Origin: a bacterium
GTDB taxonomy: Bacteria; UBA8248
Reading direction: 5' to 3'
DNA length: 64,000 bases
Assembly (NCBI GenBank): GCA_965200245.1
Contig: CBDATS010000008.1
Location: 256,001 to 320,000 of the forward strand
Shown: positions 46,069 to 54,405 of the stretch, piece after piece
Layout of the letters: every line of letters starts with the position of its first letter
How positions within the stretch are numbered: position 1 is the stretch's first letter
Program-made: the position numbers and the translations under genes
The notes under the pieces: model-generated
Told to the model about the DNA's origin: nothing
Seen by the model: only the letters and a program-made list of their open reading frames with translations
Database searches by the model: none

Positions 46069-47083
46069 ATGGCGAAAAACACCAACAGATCGGAAGTCCG
46101 ATATGCCTTGGTGGATTGTGACCCAGGTGTGGATGACGCACTGGCCTTGGCGATGGGCTTCGCTTCGCCTTTTTTCAGGTACGACGCTGTGACGAGCGTA
46201 CATGGCAATGTTTCCGCGCGCCTGGCTTACCGGAACGCAAGAAGGCTTACCGTATTCTTGCGTAATCATCTCGCTTTTCCTGTCCCTGCCGTTCCCGTCT
46301 ATCCGGGAGCATCACTTGCTCTTGACGGAAGTCGTCTGAACCGGAGCGAATCACGCGCGATTCACGGCCCAGAAGGCCTTGGAGCGATGTTCGACAGGAA
46401 AAGGTGCTTGCGCCCTCCGGGCGGGAGAAATTCGAAACTGGCTTGGGAGGTGATCGCAGAGCGGGCCAAGGAGCGTGGTTCGGGGTTGACGATTGTCACG
46501 CTGGGGCCACTGACGAATCTCGCTCTGGCTCTCCGGCGTGCGCCTGGAGCCTTCTCCCGCGTGAGGCGAATTGTTGTCATGGGGGGGGGCCGCGAGGATG
46601 CCAGGGAACGTTACGCCTGCAGCCGAGTTCAACATCTATTGCGACCCGTTGGCGGCAAAGGAGGTGTTCGCATCTGGGCTGCCTATCACCATGGTGGGTC
46701 TCGACGTGACGAGACGCGCACTCATTCGTGTCGATGAATTCGAGGGTGGCGGGTCGTTCCGCGCGGCCATGAGGGATCTCATCCAGGTCTATGCGCGATT
46801 CGCCAGAAAAAGCAGGGGTGCCGAGGACATCACCCTGCACGACCCGCTGGTGCTGGCCGTCGCAATGAAGCCGGATTTGGTGGAGACCATTCCCTGTCGA
46901 GTTGACGTAGACGCGAGCCGTGGCATCGCACGGGGCATGACGGTGGTGGATCTGAGAGAGAACAGGGGTAGACGAGTTGAAAACCCGGTCCATGTGGCCA
47001 TGGACTTGGACGTAAAGGATTTTTTGGCGTTTTTCGTCTCTCACCTGCAAAATTACCGTGGCTGGGACGCCGATGAAGAATAA
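46069..47083 (+). pseudogene. Inosine/uridine-preferring nucleoside hydrolase, frameshifted in a G9 run
   Basis: DCDPGVDD, HG..GLG and LGPLTN in the first frame; GNVTPAAEFN..DP and LHDP in the second frame. The switch is at GGGGGGGGG 46581-46589. Confidence 0.85.
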
Positions 47084-48032
47084 GAAAGGCCGCGTCCTTG
47101 TAGTGGGAAGCTCGAACATCGACATTGTCGTTCGCGTGGATAAGCTCCCCTCTCCAGGACAAACCGTACTTGGCGATGAGCGGCTTGAGTATTGGGGAGG
47201 GAAGGGGGCGAACTAGGCCTTGGCAGCCCTGCGCGCCGGGGCTGAGGTGCGCTTCGTCACGATGCTGGGAAACGACACGGGTGGCGATGCCTATGCCTGT
47301 CATCTTGCTGAGAGCGACATATCGCCCGATGGCGTGTTGCGCTGTAAGGCGAGCACGGGGACGGCGCTGATCGTGGTGGACTGGAATGGAGAGAACCAAA
47401 TCGCCGTGGCCCCCGGCGCGAATTCACTGCTCACGCCCGGGCGAATGAGAAAAAACCCCGGACTTCTCGATACCGGCAATGTTGTTCTGGCGCAGCTCGA
47501 GGTTCCGCTTCCTTCTGTCATGGCCGCATTCGTAAAAGGGAGAAGGCGCGACGCCTGCAACGTCCTGAATCCTGCGCCCGTGGCAGGGGAATTGCCCCAG
47601 GAACTGCTCGGCCTTACGGATGTAATCGTTCCCAATGAAAACGAAGCGGCGCAACTGGCGAAACTGGATCAGATACCCAAAACGGACGCGGAATTCCTGC
47701 ACGTCGCACGCGCCTTGCGGGCTTTAGGACCTTCGGGCGTGGTCGTAACCTCCGGGGAGAGAGGGGCTTTTCTGCTGGATGGGGAGCGCTTCTGGTTCCG
47801 GACACCTGCGGGAATCGAGACGGTCGATACTACGGGCGCTGGCGATGCGTTTTGCGGCGCGCTCGCGGCCAGGCTCGCAGAGGGCGCGCTGGTAGAGGAT
47901 GCGGTGCGTTTTGCTGTCTGCGCAGGATCATGCTCGGTGACGAGACGAGGTGCGCAGGACGGGTTGCCATCGCGCCGAAGGATTTTGAGAAATCAGACAC
48001 AAGTGCGTCAAAAACAAATTTGGGTTGGTTGA
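47073..48032 (+). pseudogene. rbsK: Ribokinase interrupted by an amber codon
   Basis: VVGSSNID...GGKGAN-TAG-ALAA (TAG 47214-47216 replaces the conserved Gln), then NENEA and DTTGAGDAF. Confidence 0.85.
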
Positions 48033-48131
48033 CTTGGAACCATAACGCGCATAGGGTGAAGTGGATGGGCGCTTGATGAGGCGAAATTTCGAGCTCCATC
48101 TCAACTAAATTTTCCGTCGCCGATAGGAGAG

Positions 48132-49181
48132 ATGCTCATGCCAATGGATTGGGATGAGTTCAAATCGAGAAGACAGGGTGGCGGTTCGGGAGGTGGTGGC
48201 GGCGGTATTCCGCCGCAGATCAAGCTGCCGCAATTCCGTCTGCCGAACTTCAAGCTACCCTCAGCGGCCATATTCGTCGTGGCGGGTCTGATCTGGCTGT
48301 CTTCCGGCATTTTCAGCGTGGGGCCGGACGAACAGGGGATCGTGCTTCGGTTCGGACGCATCGAGCGTGTGGTGTCCTCGGGCCTGAACTATCACTATCC
48401 CTTCCCGATCGAGACCGCCTACACGCCGAAAGTGACGGAAGTCAAGCGTGTGGAAATCGGTTTCCGAACCATCGATCCCGGCCCTCCGGCCAGATATTCC
48501 GACAAGTCCCATGAGTCGAGAATGCTGACCGGAGATGAGAACATGGTGGATGTTGACATGATCGTGCAGTACCGCATTGTGGAGGCGGACAAGTATCTCT
48601 TCAAGGTGCGCAATCCCAGGGAGACGGTCGTGCACGCCGCTGAGGCCGCCATTCGCCAGGTGGTAGGGAGCAAGCCCATCGACGAGGCACTCACCACCGG
48701 AAAGGGCGCGATTCAGCAGGAGACGCTCGTAGAGCTTCAAGAAATACTTGACCGCTACGAAACCGGCCTGCGCGTGGTGGCGGTGCAACTGCAGGACGTG
48801 ACGCCACCCAAGGAGGTTATTGACGCTTTCAAGGATGTAGCCAGTGCCCGTGAGGACAGGAACCGACTCGTGAACGAGGCGCAGGGTTACCAGAATCAGG
48901 TTATACCGGAGACCCGGGGTAAGGTGGCTGCCATCATCAGGAAATCGGAAGCCTATCGCGAGACCAAAATCCGCCACGCGCGAGGTGACGCGAATCGCTT
49001 CGTTGCGACGCTCAAGGAGTATAAAAAGGCGCCGTCGATCACACGCGAGCGTCTCTACCTTGAAATGATGAAGGAAGTGATGCCAACGGTGGACAAGGTG
49101 ATTCTCGATCAAGGCAAATCGGGCGTCCTGCCCATACTCCCCCTTCGGGGCAACGGAATCGAAGGAGTAACGAAACGATGA
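48132..49181 (+). CDS. hflK: FtsH modulator HflK
   Basis: Gly-rich N-terminus, LRFG, MLTGDEN, V.PP.EV..AF.DV and ERLYLE. Confidence 0.95.
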   Translation: MLMPMDWDEFKSRRQGGGSGGGGGGIPPQIKLPQFRLPNFKLPSAAIFVVAGLIWLSSGIFSVGPDEQGIVLRFGRIERVVSSGLNYHYPFPIETAYTPKVTEVKRVEIGFRTIDPGPPARYSDKSHESRMLTGDENMVDVDMIVQYRIVEADKYLFKVRNPRETVVHAAEAAIRQVVGSKPIDEALTTGKGAIQQETLVELQEILDRYETGLRVVAVQLQDVTPPKEVIDAFKDVASAREDRNRLVNEAQGYQNQVIPETRGKVAAIIRKSEAYRETKIRHARGDANRFVATLKEYKKAPSITRERLYLEMMKEVMPTVDKVILDQGKSGVLPILPLRGNGIEGVTKR

Positions 49182-50131
49182 GCGCCGAGGGCTCCGAATC
49201 CAGGAATATACCCAAAAAGACGATTGCCCTGGTTATCCTGGGTATCATCATCGTCTTTGGTGTCAATTCGTTTTTGTTCACGATTCGTGAAGACAGACAG
49301 GTTGTCGTTACCCGGTTTGGCAAGCCCGTTCGCGTCTTACGCAATGCAGGTCTTCACTACCGGGTACCCTTCATCGAACAGCTTTCGTTTTTCGACCGCC
49401 GATTGCTTGAATATGACTCCAACCCCACAGAAATCATCACGCAGGACAAGAAAAGCCTCGTGGTGGACAACTTCTCACGCTGGCTCATCATCGATCCGCT
49501 CCAGTTTCTCCGTACCGTGCGCAACGAAACGGGGGCGCAGGCCCGGCTCGACGACATCATCTACAGTGAACTGCGTCTCGAACTTGGTCGCAAGGACCTG
49601 ATTGACATCGTGGCGAAAGAACGGGCGCAGTTGATGGCCAAGGTCCGGGAAGAAAGCGACAAGAAAGCGCGTGCCTATGGCATCCAGATTGTGGACGTGC
49701 GCTTGAAGCGCGCGGATTTGCCCGCCGAGAACCTGAAGGCGATTTACGGGCGCATGCGGGCCGAGCGGCAAAGAATCGCCCGCCAATACCGCTCGGAGGG
49801 AAAAGAACAGGCCGAAAAGATACGGGCGGAAACCAACCGTGAGCGCGACGTACTTCTTGCCGAGGCCTACGAGAAAGAACAAACCATCAAAGGTGAGGGT
49901 GATGCCAAGAGCATCGACATCAACGCCAGGGCGTTCGGGCAGGATCAGGAATTTTATGCTTTCCTGAAGAGCCTGGAAGTCTATGAGCGCTCGCTCAAGG
50001 ACAAGACGACCTTGGTGTTGCCCGCCAGCAGCGATTTCCTGAGGTTCCTGCAAAGCTCCGAGAACAAGGGTTCGAATTCAACCAAAGCCGAGAGCAGACC
50101 TGAGGAAACAGCGAAAAAAAAATCCGAGTAA
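49178..50131 (+). CDS. hflC: FtsH modulator HflC
   Basis: Motifs T.DKK...VD, DVR.KR.DLP, RM.AER and GEGDA; follows hflK. Confidence 0.95.
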   Translation: MSAEGSESRNIPKKTIALVILGIIIVFGVNSFLFTIREDRQVVVTRFGKPVRVLRNAGLHYRVPFIEQLSFFDRRLLEYDSNPTEIITQDKKSLVVDNFSRWLIIDPLQFLRTVRNETGAQARLDDIIYSELRLELGRKDLIDIVAKERAQLMAKVREESDKKARAYGIQIVDVRLKRADLPAENLKAIYGRMRAERQRIARQYRSEGKEQAEKIRAETNRERDVLLAEAYEKEQTIKGEGDAKSIDINARAFGQDQEFYAFLKSLEVYERSLKDKTTLVLPASSDFLRFLQSSENKGSNSTKAESRPEETAKKKSE

Positions 50132-50150
50132 TACCGTCTCTCAAAATGCC

Positions 50151-50179
50151 AGCCCCCTCACGGCGAGGGGGGCTATTCT
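50151..50179 (+). terminator. Putative terminator hairpin after hflC
   Basis: AGCCCCCTC-ACGGC-GAGGGGG(G)CT followed by a weak T tail. Confidence 0.55.
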
Positions 50180-50726
50180 GTCCTGAACAGCACTGAGCAA
50201 CATCTGATGCCCGGGTTCCGCTTGTCCGCTTTCGTATTTAAGGGGCCCCGAGGTGGGAAAGGGGCAAGCGGATGCCCTGAAAGGCCGTTTCTCAAATGAA
50301 GATGAGGGGCGGATGCGCTTACCAGAAATCATGGTGAAGAAGTTTTTCTGTTACCCATAATATGAAATCTAGGCCGTATCTTTCTGGATGTCAAGGAATT
50401 TAAAACAAAATATAGTATATTTTTTTCTTGCCATACAATATATGGGGTCAGGCAGGCTATTTTAACCACAGTTTATCAAGATGAGGAAACGGGATAACCT
50501 CAAACAAAGCAATCGATTAGATAAAACCATATATGGTATGTCGATGAGTTGTGGATACAATATCTGGAGATCAAAGGGAAATGAAGGTTTCTGGTTTCCC
50601 CCTGGTGCATATAGTTTGGGAAATCGCCGAACAAGCCGAAGTGCGTACCAAGCGATGTGCAGGAAAGGAGACCGTGCCACCCCGAAATTATGGCGCAAGC
50701 CCATCCTGTGGCAGGACAACTACTGG

Positions 50727-51089
50727 CTATTTATCTCTCAGGTAATTATCGCTTCCGTCGAGCCAGTCTTCACGAATGGGGGAGAAGATGTCGTAGTCTA
50801 TCGCTGTTTCATCGCCTACGACTTCCACGGAGTGAGGGACGTGCGGGGGGATGAGGAGCGTCTCACCAGGGCCGAGTTCCACGGTTTCATCGTCAATGAA
50901 GAACCGGAGTTTTCCCTTGATGACGTGGGATATCTGCTCGTGCTCGTGGCTGTGCAGGGGTACAACGCAACCGGGCTTGAGCTTGAGCCAGCAGAGCATT
51001 TCTTTTTCACCCACAACCATCTTTCTAGAGAACGTGTCGGTCAAAGCCTCCTCGGGCATCTCGTCCCAATTGTATTTCCGGGCGCGCAT
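50727..51089 (-). CDS. Cupin-domain protein
   Basis: PLHSHEHEQ...IP..VPH motif. RBS AAGGAG. Confidence 0.9.
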   Translation of the reverse strand: MRARKYNWDEMPEEALTDTFSRKMVVGEKEMLCWLKLKPGCVVPLHSHEHEQISHVIKGKLRFFIDDETVELGPGETLLIPPHVPHSVEVVGDETAIDYDIFSPIREDWLDGSDNYLRDK

Positions 51090-51151
51090 GGTTCATCTCC
51101 TTGGGGTCGGTTGTTTTGCTTTTGGAATGCGGTGAAAGTCGCCGGGCACAG

Positions 51152-51430
51152 TTACTGTTTGTACCCGGGGAGTGTTCTGCTGAAGCCCTCCCGCATGACC
51201 CGGCCTTTTTTCAGCACGTAATACCCCTCGCCGTAGCGGATGACGCTAGTGAGGGGCGGAATCCGGCATTCCTTCGAGATAATCAGGTTTTCTTGGGATT
51301 CGTCGCGGGGGAGGTAGCGGTCGGCGTCGTCGTCGGATAGTTGGATTTCGCGGTTGCAGTCATCTGCAGCTTTTTCGAATTCGCCTTGCAACTTTATGGT
51401 CTTGCATTCGCAAGAAATTACATCGCTCAT
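51152..51430 (-). CDS. Small hypothetical protein (92 aa)
   Basis: ATG at 51430 with an AGGAG RBS; codirectional with the cupin gene. No recognisable family. Confidence 0.5.
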   Translation of the reverse strand: MSDVISCECKTIKLQGEFEKAADDCNREIQLSDDDADRYLPRDESQENLIISKECRIPPLTSVIRYGEGYYVLKKGRVMREGFSRTLPGYKQ

Positions 51431-51662
51431 CGAGGGTCTCCTGTATTCATCGAGAGCCTTCTGAAAAAGTGGGGCTATGCTAAAAAGGGGCCATCGTGGT
51501 GTCAAGACCGTCGGGGTGAAAAAGCATGTTTCATCACCGCAATGTATCGGGAGAGGTATGCTTCGGTTTGAAATGTCTTCTCCGCAGGAGTATAAATGAT
51601 GGCGTTTCAAGATTCGCTGCTTCAGGCTTTTTGGCCGCATTCATTTTCAGGAGGACGCATTC

Positions 51663-52163
51663 ATGCCAAGAATGACGGAAAAGATGATCGACTCGGGCGA
51701 TCCCTTCCCGAGTCTCGAGGTGAACCAGGTGGGAGGAGGCAAAATCTCCCTGCCCGGCGATCTCGCGGGCGATTGGGGGGTGGTTCTGCTCTACCGCGGA
51801 CACTGGTGACCGTACTGCAAGCAGCAGCTTACGGCCTTCGACAGGGCGGCGAAGCTCAAGGAAGAAGGCGTCAAAGTTGTTGCAGCCTCCGTGGACATGG
51901 AGGAGAACGCGAAGGGAACGGTCGAGGAATGCGGCCTCAGCTTCCCCGTCGGCTATGGTTTGGATAACAAGCATATTTCAGAACTTACGGGGTGTTTCTA
52001 CGAAGAAAAACGCCAGATCATCCACAGCACGGGCTATGTCTTGAAGCCAGATGGAACGGTGGCCGTCGCCGTCTACAGCACTGGCCCCATCGGCCGCCTC
52101 GTGTGGCAGGATGTGTTGGGCCTGGTTCAGTTCTACAAGAAGATGATGGCGTCCCAGAACTAG
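51663..52163 (+). CDS. Peroxiredoxin-like (AhpC/TSA) selenoprotein, motif YRGHW-U49-PY-C, 166 aa
   Basis: AGGAGG and ATG 51663 read GDPFP...VVLLYRGHW, then in-frame TGA 51807-51809, PYC, continuing into ORF 51891..52163. Confidence 0.9.
51826..51856 (+). promoter_or_regulatory. Putative SECIS element
   Basis: AGCTT-acg-GCCTT-CGAC-AGGGC-ggcg-AAGCT, with the apical loop 29 nt after the UGA and G at loop position 2. Confidence 0.5.
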
Positions 52164-52176
52164 CGCATCTTTTTCG

Positions 52177-52216
52177 AACACCCCCTCGTTTATCCTCTTC
52201 GAGGGGGTGTTTTTTA
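52177..52216 (+). terminator. Rho-independent terminator between the two Prx-like genes
   Basis: AACACCCCCTCG...CGAGGGGGTGTTTTTT. Confidence 0.8.
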
Positions 52217-52317
52217 TGTGCAGGTTTGGAGGGATTTTTTTATGGCCTCGCAGGAGAGATAACATCGCAGGCGAGTGATACGATCACATTCATCATCACG
52301 AGAAAACGGAGTCCATC

Positions 52318-52845
52318 ATGCCGAAAGTGAACCAGTACTTTCTCGACACTGGGGATGATTTCCCGAATCTTGAAATTCCCAAGGTAGGCGGCGGAACCAT
52401 CACCCTGCCCGATGACTTGCTCGGTTCGTGGGGCGTCGTCCTTTTCTACCGCAGCCACTGGTGACCCTACTGACTCGCACAGATGGCGGGATTCTCCCGG
52501 GCGGGAGAAAGATTGGAAGCTGAGGGTATCAAGGTGGTGGCGGCGTCCACCGACCCGGAAGAGGAAGCACTGCAGTCCATCGAGGCGAGCAAAGTGAATT
52601 TTCCGGTGGGGCACAGTCTCGATCCCGCGCGTATCTCGGAAACGACGGGGGCCTTCTACTCGCCCGAGGCGGGCGAGAAGCCCAGGCCGTTTCTTCACGC
52701 GACGAACTTTCTGCTTTCACCTGACGGCAAGGTGAACATTTCGCTCTATAGTTCAGGTCCCCTGGGGCGGCTCGTCTGGCAGAATGTCATCCAGGCCGTA
52801 CAGTTCCGAAAAAAGCGCATGGCGGCCGTGCAGGCGCAGCAGTAG
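52318..52845 (+). CDS. Peroxiredoxin-like double-selenocysteine protein, motif FYRSHW-U49-PY-U52, 175 aa
   Basis: ATG 52318 with a GGAG RBS. In-frame TGA at 52462-52464 and 52471-52473 lie exactly at the U and C positions of the upstream paralogue; the frame continues into ORF 52483..52845. Confidence 0.8.
52492..52509 (+). promoter_or_regulatory. Putative SECIS element
   Basis: TTCTCCC-GGGC-GGGAGAA, a 7-bp stem with a G-led loop 34 and 25 nt after the two UGAs. Confidence 0.65.
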
Positions 52846-53285
52846 TCGAACCACAACGGGCCGGAGGGGTATCTCCCTCCGGCCCGTTGTGGCGGTTGCG
52901 AATTTTTCAGGCGCTTGGTCACCTCGTCTGCGTCGGGCGCCTTGTTGTAGTCTTGATCCAGAGTGCCGTCGCCTGCGGGGCTTTTGACGGCGAAGAACTT
53001 CGCGGGTCCTTCGGTGATATGGATACCGTGACGTGTGTTTCTGGGAATATGTACCAGATCGCCGGGGCCGACCTCGTGGACCTCATCCCCACAGATCATG
53101 TTCATCTTGCCTTCGAGCATCAGGATGTACTGCTCCTCGTTGGGATGAAAGTGGGGTGGTGGGCCGTCGCCTTGGGGATAAATCACCCAGCCCACTTTCA
53201 TCAACTCTCCCGCTGTCGCGTGGTTTACGGCAGGACCCACCGCCGAGGATCCTTGGGGCAGGTCTTCCATTTTATAAAAGGGCAT
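52746..53285 (-). CDS. Cupin-domain protein with an apparent C-terminal extension
   Basis: PPPHFHPNEEQ...IPRNTRH. Similarity to its paralogue ends near 52900. Confidence 0.85.
   Translation of the reverse strand: MPFYKMEDLPQGSSAVGPAVNHATAGELMKVGWVIYPQGDGPPPHFHPNEEQYILMLEGKMNMICGDEVHEVGPGDLVHIPRNTRHGIHITEGPAKFFAVKSPAGDGTLDQDYNKAPDADEVTKRLKNSQPPQRAGGRYPSGPLWFDYCCACTAAMRFFRNCTAWMTFCQTSRPRGPEL
52851..52892. terminator. 18-bp perfect inverted repeat between convergent genes
   Basis: CCACAACGGGCCGGAGGG-GTATCT-CCCTCCGGCCCGTTGTGG. Confidence 0.7.
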
Positions 53286-53302
53286 GGAAAATCTCCTTGG
53301 GC

Positions 53303-53728
53303 CTAGAAGTTGTCCTGCAAGGTGGATTCCAGTTTCTCCCGCGCCTCGTCGGCATCTTCAGCCTTGTTGTAATCTTGATACAGATCGCCGTCGCCCGCGG
53401 GACTTTTCACCGTGAAGAAGGCGAAAGGACCTTTCGTGATGCGGAGGCCGTGGCGCTCGTTGCGGCGTATGTGTACCAGATCGCCGGGTATGACAATGCG
53501 AGTCTCCTCCCCCAGAATCACGTTCGCCTCGCCCTCCATCACGAGAAGAAATTGCTCCTCGTTCGGGTGATAGTGTGGTGGCGGGCCGCCGTCTGCGGGG
53601 TAGGTGATCAGCCCCGCTTTCATGAGTTCACCGGCCACGCTTTGCGTCTGGGCCTTGCCCATGTCGATATGCCTGGTTTCCATCTCGGATATTCGGTAAA
53701 ACGGCAAGTTCAGGTTCCTCCCTTTCAA
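53303..53728 (-). CDS. Cupin-domain protein (tandem paralogue)
   Basis: PPPHYHPNEEQ...RNERH and VKSPAGDG..QDYNKA are shared with the neighbour. Confidence 0.88.
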   Translation of the reverse strand: MKGRNLNLPFYRISEMETRHIDMGKAQTQSVAGELMKAGLITYPADGGPPPHYHPNEEQFLLVMEGEANVILGEETRIVIPGDLVHIRRNERHGLRITKGPFAFFTVKSPAGDGDLYQDYNKAEDADEAREKLESTLQDNF

Positions 53729-54405
53729 TCGAGCCGCGCGACCACGCGCGCGGGCGCGCCCTCGATTCTGTAAAGTTTCATCGGGAATGCGAACATCTCG
53801 AATTCCGTTTCTTCAAAAGTTTCGAGGTTGATGACGTGTTCTATAAGCGGGATCCCCCGCCCCAGCACGGTACGGTGACCTGGGGAATCCTCGTGATGGA
53901 CAACGGAGTCGGTTTGGAGACCCGGATCTATGGCGTGGTCCATGCAAAGGGCTTTCATGCCACAATCGCACAGGAAGTGGCACGCCTCCTTGTCGAGATA
54001 CGGGTTGGGGCCGAAATAATCGGGCGTGAAGAATTTCTCCTTCGACCAGCCTGTCCAGGAGATGGCGATGGATCCGTTCAGGCGCTGGGGGTCGAAGCCG
54101 GGGGAGGATTCGATCATCTCCCGGGTGATGGGGTTCGCTTCGCGCGCAATTCCTCTTAAATCTATCTTCACGGCGCGGCCGCAAAAAGTCTCGAGCGGCA
54201 TCTCGTCAATTGTCACGCCATCAGGATAGAAATGGTTGGGCGCGTCCAGGTGTGTTCCCTGATGGATCGCCATTTTCACTGCGCTGTTCTGGCGACCATG
54301 GGTAGGGTGTTCGTGAAACTGCCAGTATACCACCGGGGGGAAGGTTGGCACCTCGCAAAGGTCGGGGTGTCCGAGAGGGGCGGTGAGGTCAATCAATCGG
54401 CTCAT
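53725..54405 (-). CDS. Cyclase family (kynurenine formamidase-like) protein
   Basis: LIDLT, HQGTHLDAP.H and GAPARVVA. GGAGG RBS precedes ATG 54405. Confidence 0.9.
   Translation of the reverse strand: MSRLIDLTAPLGHPDLCEVPTFPPVVYWQFHEHPTHGRQNSAVKMAIHQGTHLDAPNHFYPDGVTIDEMPLETFCGRAVKIDLRGIAREANPITREMIESSPGFDPQRLNGSIAISWTGWSKEKFFTPDYFGPNPYLDKEACHFLCDCGMKALCMDHAIDPGLQTDSVVHHEDSPGHRTVLGRGIPLIEHVINLETFEETEFEMFAFPMKLYRIEGAPARVVARLD

Noticed and set aside
35953-47216. Amber (TAG) recoding as pyrrolysine or Gln to explain the two in-frame TAGs
   Set aside because: TAG is the evident stop of many intact genes here (4265, 15685, 16255, 17499, 21625). The rbsC-like gene also has a frameshift, and neither protein belongs to a Pyl-type family.
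50180-50726. AT-rich intergenic region as a riboswitch or sRNA
   Set aside because: I could not recognise any riboswitch consensus or stable conserved structure; an Rfam/Infernal search would be needed.
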